Source of the DNA: an uncultured Solirubrobacterales bacterium
GTDB lineage: Bacteria; Actinomycetota; Thermoleophilia; Solirubrobacterales; Solirubrobacteraceae
Direction of reading: 5' to 3'
Assembly: GCA_963753145.1 (NCBI GenBank)
Contig: CAVWAX010000001.1
Span: forward strand, 39,573 to 103,572
Length of the DNA: 64,000 bases
Below are positions 38,285-47,902 of the stretch, piece after piece; position 1 is the stretch's first letter; each line of letters begins with the position of its first letter. The position numbers and the translations under genes are program-made. Below the pieces are notes generated by a model. That model was given only the letters and a program-made list of their open reading frames with translations. It made no database searches and was not told where the DNA came from.

Positions 38285-39352
38285 TCAGTCGGCATAGGCG
38301 CGCCGGATTCCCTCCAGCTCGTCGAGCGTGTCGACGAAGCCGTCGAGCAGCTCCGGGTCGAAGTGCGCGCCGCGCTCGGCGCGCATCATGTCGACCGCCG
38401 TTTTCAACGGGAAGGCCGGGCGGTAAACGCGGTCGCTGGTGAGCGCGTCGAACACGTCTGCCACCGCGGCGATCCGGCCCTCGACCGGGATCTCTTCGCG
38501 CGCGAGCCCGCGCGGATAGCCGCAACCGTCCCAGCGCTCGTGATGGGTGTGGGCGATGCGCGCGCCCATCTGCACCACCTCCGAGCCCGAGCCGGCCAGC
38601 ATCCGGTAGCCCGCCTCGGCGTGGGTCTTGATGATCTCGAACTCCTCGCTCGTGAGCTTGCCCGGCTTGCGCAACACGTGGTCTGGCACCGCCACCTTGC
38701 CCACGTCGTGCAGCTGGCTGGCCAAGCGCATGCGCTCGGCGTGCCCCGCCTCGATGCCGACCTCGCGCGCGAGCGCCTCGCAATAGGAGCTCATGCGCTG
38801 CAGGTGGTGGCCGGTCTCCTCGTCTCTGAACTCGACCACCCGCGCCAGGCGGAAGATCGTCTCCGCCTGGCTCATCCAGACCTTGCTCTCCGAGCGGCGC
38901 AGCTCCTCCATCGCGTCCTCCAGGCTCGCGCCGCGCTGCGCCGCGGTGGCCTGCAGGCCGCGCATCAGGCGCCGGCTCTCGATCTCGAGTGCACGGCGGT
39001 GCAGGGCGTTGGCGACGTTGATCAGCAGCTCGCCCGCGCCGACCGGCTTGACCACGTACCCGAACGCGCCGAGCTCGATCGCTGTCATCGCCAGGCGCGG
39101 GTCGTCCTCGCCGGTGACCATCACCACCGCCGCGCTCGGGTGCTCGCTGCGGATGTGTCCCAGCAAGTCCACACCCGATTCCCCGGGCATGTTCACGTCG
39201 AGCAGCACCAGCTCGTACTCGCCCTCGGCGAGCAGTGCGCGCGCGTCGCTCGCGTTGGCGGCCGTGTCGCACACGTAGCCGCGCTCGCGCAGGACGCGCT
39301 CGGCCCACAGGCGCAGCGGGTCGTCGTCGTCGACGATCAACAGCTCGCTCAT
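38285..39352 (-). CDS. REC + HD-GYP cyclic di-GMP phosphodiesterase (RpfG-like)
   Basis: Receiver LLDVNMP, LHDVGK, HHERWDGCGYP, VADVFDALTSDRVY. Confidence 0.92.
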   Translation of the reverse strand: MSELLIVDDDDPLRLWAERVLRERGYVCDTAANASDARALLAEGEYELVLLDVNMPGESGVDLLGHIRSEHPSAAVVMVTGEDDPRLAMTAIELGAFGYVVKPVGAGELLINVANALHRRALEIESRRLMRGLQATAAQRGASLEDAMEELRRSESKVWMSQAETIFRLARVVEFRDEETGHHLQRMSSYCEALAREVGIEAGHAERMRLASQLHDVGKVAVPDHVLRKPGKLTSEEFEIIKTHAEAGYRMLAGSGSEVVQMGARIAHTHHERWDGCGYPRGLAREEIPVEGRIAAVADVFDALTSDRVYRPAFPLKTAVDMMRAERGAHFDPELLDGFVDTLDELEGIRRAYAD

Positions 39353-40584
39353 AGGGCCAGCACCTGCTCGACCCTGGCCAGCAGCGTGGCCGCCGAGAAC
39401 GGCTTGTCGATCAGCTCGAACTCGCCCCTCATCTGGCCCTGGGCGGCGAGGATCGGCTCGGCGAAGCCTGACATCAGCAGCACACGCGTCTCCGGATGCT
39501 CGCTCGCGAAAGCCTCGGCGAGCTGGGTGCCCGCCATGCGCGGCATGATCACATCGCTCAGCAACAGGTCGATCGGGCCGGTGTGCTCGCGCGCGACCTG
39601 CAGCGCCTCCTCGCCGCCCGCGGCGACCAGCACGTCGTAGCCGTGGCGCAGCAGGATGCGGCGGCTGACCTCGCGCAAGGCGTGCTCGTCCTCGACCAGC
39701 AGGATCGTGCGCTCGCTCGTCACCGGCGCGGGCTCCGGCGCCGCCGCGCTCTCGCGCCTTACCCTGTCGGTGGCGGGCAGCAGCGTGGTCAAGGTCGTGC
39801 CGATCCCCTGCTCGGAGTAGATGTGCACGTGCCCGCCGGCCTGGCTGACGATCCCGAACACGGTGGCCAGGCCCAGGCCCGTCCCTTGGCCGGGCGGCTT
39901 GGTCGTGAAGAACGGGTCGAAGGCGCGCGTGAGCACGTCGTCGGGCATGCCGCTGCCGGTGTCGGCGATGCGCAGGCGCACGTAGGAGCCGGGCGCCACC
40001 TCGGAGTCGCCCGAGCCATACAGCCCGTCGATCTCGACGTTGGCCGTGTCGATTGTCAGGCGCCCGCCGTCGGGCATCGCGTCGCGTGCGTTGATCGCAA
40101 GGTTGACCAGCACCTGTTCGAGCTGCCCGGGGTCCATCAGGACAGAAGCGAGGCCCGGATCGAGGGTGCTGATGAGTTCGACGTGCTCGCCGAGCGTGCG
40201 GCGCAGCAGCTGCTCCACGTCGCCCACCACCACGTTCACGTCAACGACTTCGGGCTGCACGACGTCGCGGCGCGCGAACGCGAGCAATTGTCGGGTCAGG
40301 TTGGCGGCGCGCTCGGAGGCCCTGCGGATCTGCTCGACATCCTCCAAGGTGCCGTGCCACTTGCTGCCGCCAGGCAGCCGGGCCGCCGCTTCGAGGTCGT
40401 GGGCGACGAAGGCCGCATAGTTGATGATGACCGCGAGCAGGTTGTTGAAGTCGTGGGCGATCCCCCCGGCGAGCTCGCCGAGGCTCTCCAGGCGCTGGGC
40501 CTGGTGCAGGCGTCGCTGGACCCGGTGCTGCTCCCGGCCGGTCTCGGGCCGGGCGCTGTCGGTTCCCATCGGGCCGGTTCCCAT
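39349..40584 (-). CDS. Hybrid histidine kinase (HisKA-HATPase-REC) with no input domain
   Basis: [35 protein letters not shown], receiver LLSDVIMP. Confidence 0.9.
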   Translation of the reverse strand: MGTGPMGTDSARPETGREQHRVQRRLHQAQRLESLGELAGGIAHDFNNLLAVIINYAAFVAHDLEAAARLPGGSKWHGTLEDVEQIRRASERAANLTRQLLAFARRDVVQPEVVDVNVVVGDVEQLLRRTLGEHVELISTLDPGLASVLMDPGQLEQVLVNLAINARDAMPDGGRLTIDTANVEIDGLYGSGDSEVAPGSYVRLRIADTGSGMPDDVLTRAFDPFFTTKPPGQGTGLGLATVFGIVSQAGGHVHIYSEQGIGTTLTTLLPATDRVRRESAAAPEPAPVTSERTILLVEDEHALREVSRRILLRHGYDVLVAAGGEEALQVAREHTGPIDLLLSDVIMPRMAGTQLAEAFASEHPETRVLLMSGFAEPILAAQGQMRGEFELIDKPFSAATLLARVEQVLAL

Positions 40585-40697
40585 CCGACTGATTTCCCGC
40601 ACAGCGCTCTTTTACCTTCTGAACGCCTCCTTCAATCGGAATCTTGGCCAGGGCGGCTTTTTACCCCAAAATACTCGGGGCCTTCGATTAACTAAAT

Positions 40698-41717
40698 CTA
40701 TATGCCTTCGCCCGGCAAGAACTCGTTGGTGAAAGGCGGCAATGCGGCGCCGTTGGGGTTGGACTTGATCAGTTTGTGGTCATACATCCAGCTGGAGAAG
40801 GCCGCCCACGCCGAAGGGTCCTGCCAGCCGTAGACCTTTTCCCGGTTTGCCGGCGTCATCGCGCCGAGGGTGGCTTCGATCGAGGTCAGCTGCAGCTTGC
40901 TCTGCGCCGAGGGGTTGGCCTTCACGATCGTCGCCGCGGCCGCCGCCGGGTTGGCCTTGACCTGCTTTTGGCCCTGAGTCAGCGCCTGCAGGAAGGCTCT
41001 GAGTTCCGCGCCGCGCTTGCCCGCCTCGTCCTCGCGCACGACCAGGACCAGCTCGTCGTAGGTGGGCACGCCGGCTTTGTCGATCGGGATCACGACCGGC
41101 TTCTTGCCCATCTGTGTCAGCTGGATCGCCTCGTAGTTCCAGTAGCCGCCGAGCGTGGCCGCGACCTTGCCAGAGAGCATCGAGCCGACCAGGTTGAAGC
41201 CGACATCGCTTTCGGTGACCGACGCTGGGTTTACCCCCGCGGCCTGGAGTGCGCTGCGCAGCTCGGCCGCCTGATAGGGGATGCCGGCAGTGCCGACGCG
41301 CTTGCCCGCCAGATCGGCGACCGTGTTCACGTGCGCGGATGGGAGGGCGATGATCGAGGTCAGGGGACGCTGCACGAGCGCCCCGATCGAGACCACTTTC
41401 AGGCCCTCGTCGCGCGCGAGCAGCAGCTCGGGCTCATAGGAGATGGCCATGTCCACCTTGCCGGCCGCGAGTAGCTTGAGCGGTTCGGCCGTTTCGCTGG
41501 GCACGACCGGTTTGACGTCCAGGCCGGCCTTGGCGAAATCGCCGTCGGCGATCGCGGTGTAGAGCGGCGCGTGGTCGGCGTTGGGGAACCAATCGAGCAT
41601 CACCGAAAACGGCGTCGTGCCCGGCGCCGTGACGACGTCCTGCTTCGAGCCGCACGCCGAGAGCGCGAGCAGGCAGGCGAGGATGAGCAGTGGCGCGAGG
41701 GCGGTGCGGACTCTCAA
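40698..41717 (-). CDS. thiY: ABC transporter substrate-binding lipoprotein, NMT1/THI5 (ThiY-like)
   Basis: Lipobox LSAC, MLDWFPNADH, YDELVLV; lies under a TPP riboswitch. Confidence 0.82.
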   Translation of the reverse strand: MRVRTALAPLLILACLLALSACGSKQDVVTAPGTTPFSVMLDWFPNADHAPLYTAIADGDFAKAGLDVKPVVPSETAEPLKLLAAGKVDMAISYEPELLLARDEGLKVVSIGALVQRPLTSIIALPSAHVNTVADLAGKRVGTAGIPYQAAELRSALQAAGVNPASVTESDVGFNLVGSMLSGKVAATLGGYWNYEAIQLTQMGKKPVVIPIDKAGVPTYDELVLVVREDEAGKRGAELRAFLQALTQGQKQVKANPAAAAATIVKANPSAQSKLQLTSIEATLGAMTPANREKVYGWQDPSAWAAFSSWMYDHKLIKSNPNGAALPPFTNEFLPGEGI

Positions 41718-42496
41718 TGGATCTCTCCTCTTGGCTTTTGCGCCCACGGCGCGAGCACGCGCTCGGCCAGGGCCAGGGTGTAGAAACAGGCGATCGCGAA
41801 GGCGAACAGCAGCATCGCGGCAGCGTAGGCGCGCGGGGTCTGCAGGGCGTTGATGTCCGCGTTGATCTGGTGGCCGAGGCCCGCGTAGGGCCCGGTCGTG
41901 GCGGTCGAGGTCTCGGCGATGTAGGCGCCGATCACGCCAACCGCCAAAGCGATGCGCGCGCCGCTCAGCGCGGCCGGTACGGCGGCGGGCAGCTCGCCGA
42001 AGCGCAGCGCCTGCCAGCGCGAGGCGCCGAGCGTGCGCAGCAGCTTGAGCTGGTCGGGATCCACCGAGGCCAGGCCGTCCACGGTCGTGACGACGACCGG
42101 AAAGAAGCAGATCAGCACGATCACGAACAGCTTGGGCAGCACGCCGAAGCCCCACCAGAACACGAGCAGGACCCCGATCAAGGCGATCGGCACCGCCTGG
42201 GAGCCGACCGCCAAGGGATAGACGGCGCGGCGCAGCAGGGGGGAGAGGTGGATCAAGACCCCCAACACGAAGCCCAGCACGAGCGCGAGCAGCACCCCCA
42301 AGCCGACCTCCTGGGCGGTCAGTTCGAGGTTGGCCGCCAGCAGGCCCGCGTTGTTCCAGGCTTCGCCAGCGACTTCGTGGGGGGCGGGCAGCACGATCGA
42401 GCTGACCGAGCCGAGATCCGCGTAGAGCTCCCAGGCGCCGAGCAGCACCAGCGCCAGCAGCACGGCGGGAAGCACATGCACCACGCGCCGCGTCAC
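41714..42496 (-). CDS. thiX: ABC transporter permease (SsuC/TauC-type, ThiX-like)
   Basis: SQAVPIALI, FFPVVVTTVDGL, LRTLGASRWQ. Confidence 0.82.
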   Translation of the reverse strand: MTRRVVHVLPAVLLALVLLGAWELYADLGSVSSIVLPAPHEVAGEAWNNAGLLAANLELTAQEVGLGVLLALVLGFVLGVLIHLSPLLRRAVYPLAVGSQAVPIALIGVLLVFWWGFGVLPKLFVIVLICFFPVVVTTVDGLASVDPDQLKLLRTLGASRWQALRFGELPAAVPAALSGARIALAVGVIGAYIAETSTATTGPYAGLGHQINADINALQTPRAYAAAMLLFAFAIACFYTLALAERVLAPWAQKPRGEIH

Positions 42497-43299
42497 TGCG
42501 CCCCCAGATGCAGCGCCTTCAGAGCGCGCTCGCGCAGCGCCACGACGGCCGGGTCGGTGCGGGTGCGGGGCCGTGCAAGATCGACTTGCAGCTCGGCCAC
42601 GACGCGGCCCGGGCGGGCGCTGAGCACCGCGACCGTGTCGGCCAGCACGATCGCCTCCTCGACGTCGTGGGTCACCAGCACCACGGTCCTCGGCTCGCGC
42701 ACCAGCGCCCCGGTGAGCCATTCCTGCATCTCCTGCCTGGTGATCGCGTCGAGCGCGCCGAAGGGCTCGTCCAGGCACAGCACCGGCTTGCCCGAGAGCA
42801 GCGTCCGCACGAACGCGACGCGCTGGCGCATCCCGCCGGAGAGCTCGTGCGCGCGAGCCCGCTCGAAGCCCTCCAGGCCGAGCTCCGCGAACAGGGCCGC
42901 CCCCTGCGCGCGTGCGCGAGTGCGAGGCTCGCCCGCGATGCGCAACGCCAAAGCCGCATTGTCGACGGCGCTCAGCCAGGGCAGCAGCAGGTCGCGCTGG
43001 GGCATCAGCACCGCGGGCTCGCCGACGATCGTGCCCGCGTCCGGCTTCTGCAGGCCGCAGATCAGCTCCAGCAAGGTGGTCTTGCCACAGCCGCTCGGTC
43101 CGACGACCGCCAACACCGAGCCGCGCGGGGCGCGCAGCGACACGTCGCGCAAGGCCTGGACCTCGGCGCCGAGCGCGTCGCCGTAGGCGCGGCTGACGCT
43201 TTGCAACGCGAGCCCGCCAGACGCGCGAGGGGCTCGATCGGTCGCGCCGTGGGGCTGCTGTGTGTGGCCTTCACGACGGGTCTCGGTCTGCGTCTGCAC
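42493..43299 (-). CDS. thiZ: ABC transporter ATP-binding protein (ThiZ-like)
   Basis: GPSGCGKTT, LSGGMRQR, LDEPFGALD, VTHD; GTG directly after the riboswitch. Confidence 0.85.
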   Translation of the reverse strand: MQTQTETRREGHTQQPHGATDRAPRASGGLALQSVSRAYGDALGAEVQALRDVSLRAPRGSVLAVVGPSGCGKTTLLELICGLQKPDAGTIVGEPAVLMPQRDLLLPWLSAVDNAALALRIAGEPRTRARAQGAALFAELGLEGFERARAHELSGGMRQRVAFVRTLLSGKPVLCLDEPFGALDAITRQEMQEWLTGALVREPRTVVLVTHDVEEAIVLADTVAVLSARPGRVVAELQVDLARPRTRTDPAVVALRERALKALHLGAQ

Positions 43300-43300
43300 T

Positions 43301-43402
43301 GCGCTCCCTCCGCGGGCATTACCCCACAGGTTCGAAGGGTCGGCACCGGCGGGACGTCTATCCCTGGGCGCCATCTCAGCCGGCCTCCGCCAGCTCCCCT
43401 GT
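43301..43402 (-). ncRNA. TPP riboswitch
   Basis: Minus strand reads GGGGAGC..GCTGAGAT..GACCCTTCGAACCTGTGGGGTAATGCCCGCGGAGGGAGC. The 3' P1 strand contains the GGAGG Shine-Dalgarno of thiZ. Confidence 0.92.
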
Positions 43403-43436
43403 TTGTCACGCTCGATGCTAGCGCGGACACCCTCGG

Positions 43437-44819
43437 TCAGCGCGGGGCGGCGATCACCGGGCGGGTGAGCGCCTTGACGAAATCCTCGAGTTGGGCGGTG
43501 GTCCAGCACTCGAACGCGGTGCAGTACTCCTCGTAGGCGGAGATCACCGAGTCGCCGTAGTTCCAATACAGGCACGGCTCGGGGTTCAGCCAGAAGGTGC
43601 GCCCGGCGCGCGCGGCCACCTGGCCGAACAGGTCGGCGCGGGGGTCGCGGCCGTTGGTGCGGGCGTCGCCGAGCACGATCACGGTGGCGCGCGGGTTCAT
43701 GTCGTCCTGGATCAGCTCGAGCAGCTCCATCCAGACGCGCCCGTAGTCGGTGTAGCCGGAGATGTCGGCCACGCCCGCGTCGCTTGAGATGCGCTCGGAC
43801 ACCGCTTTGAAATCGCGCTCGTGTTCGAACACGTCGGTCACCTCGCTGATCCGCTCGATGAACACGAACGAGCGCATCTTGCGAAACGAGTCGTGCAGGG
43901 CGTGCAGGACCGAGAGGAAGAAGACGGACGCCGAGGTGACGCTGGTCGAGACGTCGCACAGGACGTAGATCTCGGGGCGCTTGGGCCGGCGCGGGCGGAA
44001 GCGCAGCTCGACGGGCACGCCGCCGGTCTGCAGGGAGGCGCGCATCGTGCGCCTCACGTCCACGTGGGCGTGGCGCCGATGCCCCCGGTTCTGCTTGCCC
44101 TGCGTTGCCAGCCGGCGGCGCAGCTGGGCGACCACCCGGTGCACGGCCGCCAGATCGGCCAGCGGGCCCGACGGCAAGGCTCGATCGAGCTCGCCGAGCG
44201 GACGCGCGGGCGGCAGGCGCCCGGAGCGCTGCACCTGGGTGCGTTCCAGCTCGCGGCGCATCAATGCCTCGAAGCGGCGCAGGGCCTCGCGCGGGACGCC
44301 GTCGCGACGCGGGTCGTCCTCGGGCAGGTCCGGCTGTGGCTCGGCTCGCAGGCCGAGTGCGCGGCGGATGCGCTGGACGTCGACGCCGATCACACCCGAG
44401 CCCTGCTCGGCCTGTCCGAAGGTCGCGATCGCCATGCGCGCCAGGTCCCTCATCGAGCCCTCCGCGCCGTCGCGCAGTGCCTCGGCGATCTGGCGTCGCA
44501 GGGCATCCAGTTCGTTTTCGGAGAGCTCGCTCAGGTCAAACGCGGCGGAGCTCGTCTGCTCCTGCACGCCCTGGCGCGTAGCCTCGAGCTCGACGGCGCG
44601 AAAGAAGAAGCGGTCGAACACCAGCTCGTAGATGCGGCGGTCCTCCTGACTCTTGGCCAGGGTCGCCGCGAGCGCCTCGCGGAACTCGCCCTGCGAAGTC
44701 CACGGGATCTCGCGCAGCACGGCAAACGCGTCGAGCAGCTCGGAGGTACCGACGGCAACCCCCTCCTCGCGCAGCTGCTCTCCGAGTCTCAGGAGTTGAG
44801 CCGCCATGCCTTCCGGCAT
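43437..44819 (-). CDS. VWA-domain protein (CoxE-like)
   Basis: DVRRTMRASL, LCDVSTSV MIDAS-like, GYTDYG, LGDARTN, WLNPEP. Confidence 0.88.
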   Translation of the reverse strand: MPEGMAAQLLRLGEQLREEGVAVGTSELLDAFAVLREIPWTSQGEFREALAATLAKSQEDRRIYELVFDRFFFRAVELEATRQGVQEQTSSAAFDLSELSENELDALRRQIAEALRDGAEGSMRDLARMAIATFGQAEQGSGVIGVDVQRIRRALGLRAEPQPDLPEDDPRRDGVPREALRRFEALMRRELERTQVQRSGRLPPARPLGELDRALPSGPLADLAAVHRVVAQLRRRLATQGKQNRGHRRHAHVDVRRTMRASLQTGGVPVELRFRPRRPKRPEIYVLCDVSTSVTSASVFFLSVLHALHDSFRKMRSFVFIERISEVTDVFEHERDFKAVSERISSDAGVADISGYTDYGRVWMELLELIQDDMNPRATVIVLGDARTNGRDPRADLFGQVAARAGRTFWLNPEPCLYWNYGDSVISAYEEYCTAFECWTTAQLEDFVKALTRPVIAAPR

Positions 44820-44906
44820 GGCGGCGTTTGGGGGGTGGGGGAGACAGCCGCGGCCATGCCCTCGGGCGCGGCGGCGCTTGTGGGTGTGGGGTCGGCCGCC
44901 ACGCCC

Positions 44907-45806
44907 TCAGGCCGGGGCGGCGTCCGCGGCCGCCTGGGCCAGCTTCAATCCGACCCGCTCGGCGACGATGTCCATGTCGGTGCGGTGCTTGACGATCACC
45001 GACATCGTCTCGTTGAACGTGGTCGCGTCGATGTCCTTGGCGCCGAGCAGGAGCAGGGCGCGCGCCCAGTCGATCGACTCGGCGATCGAAGGCGGCTTCT
45101 TGAGGTCGAGCTCGCGCACCATGCCGATGACCTCGACGAGTCGCCGTGCGACCGCCTCGGAGAGGTCGGGCGCGTGCAGCTTGACGATCGCCAGCTCGTG
45201 CTCCAGGCAGGGGTAGTCGAGCCACAGGTACAGGCAGCGGCGCTTGAGCGCCTCGGTCAGCTCGCGCGAGTTGTTGGAGGTGAGCAGGACGACTGGATGG
45301 GTCTTCGAGCTGACTCGGCCAAGCTCGGGTATCGAGATCTGAAAGTCGGAGAGGACCTCGAGCAGCATCGCCTCGAACTCCTGGTCGGTCTTGTCGATCT
45401 CGTCGATCAACAACACGACCGGCTGCTCTGAGGCGATCGCGCTCATCAGGGGGCGCGCGAGCAGGAACTCCTCGCCGAAGATGTCCTCCTGGACGGCCTC
45501 CCAGCCGGTGCCGCTTGCCTCGGCTTGGATGCGAAGGAGCTGCTTGCGGTAGTTCCACTCATACAAGGCCTTGGCCTCGTCGAGGCCCTCGTAGCACTGC
45601 AGCCTGATCAGCTCGCGGTCCAGATAGCGCGCGAGCGCCTTGGCGAGCTCGGTCTTGCCGACCCCGGCGGGTCCCTCGACCAGCACGGGCTTGCCCAGCT
45701 TCGTCGCCAGGTAGGCCACGAGCGCGGCCGACTCGCTCGGCAGGTAGCCGACCTCGCTCAGTCCTTGCGCGACCTCGGCCGTTGACGTGGGTCCCTCAGG
45801 GGGCAT
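44907..45806 (-). CDS. MoxR-family AAA+ ATPase (CoxD-like)
   Basis: EGPAGVGKT, RLQCYEGLD, LLIDEIDK, LTSNNSRELTEALKRRC. Confidence 0.92.
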   Translation of the reverse strand: MPPEGPTSTAEVAQGLSEVGYLPSESAALVAYLATKLGKPVLVEGPAGVGKTELAKALARYLDRELIRLQCYEGLDEAKALYEWNYRKQLLRIQAEASGTGWEAVQEDIFGEEFLLARPLMSAIASEQPVVLLIDEIDKTDQEFEAMLLEVLSDFQISIPELGRVSSKTHPVVLLTSNNSRELTEALKRRCLYLWLDYPCLEHELAIVKLHAPDLSEAVARRLVEVIGMVRELDLKKPPSIAESIDWARALLLLGAKDIDATTFNETMSVIVKHRTDMDIVAERVGLKLAQAAADAAPA

Positions 45807-46597
45807 CGTCGGGGGAATGATAGGGCGTGGTCCTCGAAGGACAGTTGCTCGGAGGGTTTCGGGGGGAAGCGGGGGCGCTTGGGGGCGATCTTGGGAGTTG
45901 ATGAGGGGTTCCTCGTGCGGGTCGGTGTGACCTCGGCCGGGGTGGGGCTGGGCACGATGTCCGTCCGCGCCTGGTCTGGTCGTGCCGGGACGGGAGCCGC
46001 ACGCTCGTGGCGCCGGGGCGAGGGTGCAACGACCGTGAGGTCCTCCCCGAGCACCGTGGTGTCTTGGCGACGGGCCGTGATGTCCTCGGCGGGATCTGCG
46101 GTGTGGGGTGGTCTGCGTGTGCGCGCGTGGGAGCGCGTGAGGGGCGTCTCGGGTGCGGCGGTGGCGCGCATGCGCCAGCCGGCGTAGGTGAGGGCGCCGG
46201 AGGCGACGAAGGCGAGGAAGAAGCCCCACTGGATGCCAACCGGGTAGCCGTGGCCGGCGGGGCGGCTGAAGACGCGGTAGAAGATCAACAGCGTGGCCCA
46301 GCCGCCGGCCACCATGACGACGGCTCCGTCGGAGCCGGGCATGTGGAAGTCCTTGCGCTCTGCCCGCGCGAACAGCAGCGCGATCACACCGGCGGCGACC
46401 AGGAAGACGGCGGCCTCGACGAAGGACACGTCGCCGAAAGCGCTGATCGAGCTCGAGTTGATGACCTTCGTCTTGGGGTCCAGCGACTGCAGTTCGTACC
46501 ACGGCAAGAACATGGTCACGAGCAGCGCGATCGCCGCGACCGCGGCGATCCGCTGCTCGGGCGAGAGCGCGCCCCAGGCGCGCGCGAGGCGGGTCAT
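45758..46597 (-). CDS. Hypothetical membrane protein (4 TMs + Pro-rich tail)
   Basis: LLVTMFLPWY and three further hydrophobic segments. Confidence 0.7.
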   Translation of the reverse strand: MTRLARAWGALSPEQRIAAVAAIALLVTMFLPWYELQSLDPKTKVINSSSISAFGDVSFVEAAVFLVAAGVIALLFARAERKDFHMPGSDGAVVMVAGGWATLLIFYRVFSRPAGHGYPVGIQWGFFLAFVASGALTYAGWRMRATAAPETPLTRSHARTRRPPHTADPAEDITARRQDTTVLGEDLTVVAPSPRRHERAAPVPARPDQARTDIVPSPTPAEVTPTRTRNPSSTPKIAPKRPRFPPKPSEQLSFEDHALSFPRRCPLRDPRQRPRSRKD

Positions 46598-46682
46598 CCG
46601 CGCCTGTCCCCACGGGGGCTATTCGGGGCGTTGCAAAGCATGGATCGATTGTATGGCGCATCCCAGCGCCAGCCACACCAAC

Positions 46683-47096
46683 TCAACCGCCGGCGCGGTG
46701 CTGTCTTGCGGCGCTCATCAACTGTTCTGCCGCACGCTCGGCTCGCTTGCGGTCAGCCGCGCTTACCCGCTCGTGGCTGTACCCCGCGCGAGTCTTCATC
46801 CTGAGCAAAGTGCGCAATGATCCGGCGAGCGCCTGACCCTTCGGCCGGACTTGAGCGAGGTGTGCGACAGCTTCGTTGTGATCGTCGCCCTGCACATGCT
46901 CCCCGAGCGCGACGCAGCAGACGACATCGGCGGCCGCGATGCCGGCGTGTATGCAGAGCGTTACATACGCATCCCCGACATCTCGCTCATCCTCCGCCAG
47001 CTCGCGGATGGTTTCGGCTCCCTGTAGGAACTGCTCCGCCTTGCGGAGGCGGCCATCGATCGTGGCGGGATCTGACTTGCGTACACGCGGCGTCAC
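46683..47096 (-). CDS. HEPN-like helical protein (putative toxin)
   Basis: LRKAEQFLQGA, HAGIAAAD, HNEAVAHL, MKTRAGY; GTGA-coupled to the MNT gene. Confidence 0.65.
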   Translation of the reverse strand: MTPRVRKSDPATIDGRLRKAEQFLQGAETIRELAEDERDVGDAYVTLCIHAGIAAADVVCCVALGEHVQGDDHNEAVAHLAQVRPKGQALAGSLRTLLRMKTRAGYSHERVSAADRKRAERAAEQLMSAARQHRAGG

Positions 47097-47722
47097 GACT
47101 TGGCGCTGGCCTTCATGGCTTCGCGTAGGGTGCGCCGCGACCCGAACAACTCGAGGCCGTCACGCAACACGTCTTGCAGTACCGGCTCGGCCGTGAAGTC
47201 AGCCAATTCGTTCGCTCCATATTCGAGGATCCGGGCGTCATGGCCGGTCCAGGCGCTAGTCCGAGCTTCGAGCTCGGCGAGCTGCTGGCTCCAAGGCGCC
47301 TGGTCGGGATCAACGCCCGCCGGTCGTACGACCAGCAGGTCGATGTCGCTTCCAGGCTTGGCCGTTCCGGTCGCCACAGAGCCAAACAGCATCGCCACGA
47401 GCGGTGGTTGAGCCCACTCCTCGATTGCCGCGCGGAGTCGGTCGATGACCTCGTCGAGCAAGGATGCGAGTCGCTCGATCCACGGTGCGGCCACATGATC
47501 GCGGTTAAGCCGGTAGAGGTAGGCGTTGCCGACGGAATGGCGTTCCACGATGCCCTCTCCCACCAAACGCTCCGCTGCGTTGCGAACTCCCTGATGGGAC
47601 CCGACACCCATAAGGCGCTGGATCTCGCGTCCTGTCATCTGAGCATCGGCACGCGCGAGCACTGCCAGAACGCCTCCATCCAATGTCGGAGTGACTACTC
47701 GCATGGGTTGCCGGAAGTCCAC
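47093..47722 (-). CDS. wHTH + minimal nucleotidyltransferase (MNT) antitoxin-like protein
   Basis: MTGREIQR HTH, LFGSVATGTAKPGSDIDLLVV (GS-X10-DxD); TATCGT 7 nt before GTG. Confidence 0.82.
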   Translation of the reverse strand: MDFRQPMRVVTPTLDGGVLAVLARADAQMTGREIQRLMGVGSHQGVRNAAERLVGEGIVERHSVGNAYLYRLNRDHVAAPWIERLASLLDEVIDRLRAAIEEWAQPPLVAMLFGSVATGTAKPGSDIDLLVVRPAGVDPDQAPWSQQLAELEARTSAWTGHDARILEYGANELADFTAEPVLQDVLRDGLELFGSRRTLREAMKASAKS

Positions 47723-47902
47723 TGACGCGACGATAGCAGATGTTGGCAAGTAAATTAGCCAATCTGCAAATAAACTTGGCGTACGTACTATACGTACACG
47801 CGCTACGCCGTCCCGACACCCAAGCGCGTCGCTCCCAATCGGTGCCTCGAAATGCGACTCCGGAAACAGCCGCATGCGCAGCGCTTCGTCAGCTTGAATG
47901 CC

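Noticed and set aside
40560-40590. Direct repeat GATGGGAACCG at the start of the hybrid kinase
   Set aside because: Two copies encoding MGT..MGT. Too short to imply a mechanism beyond a local duplication.
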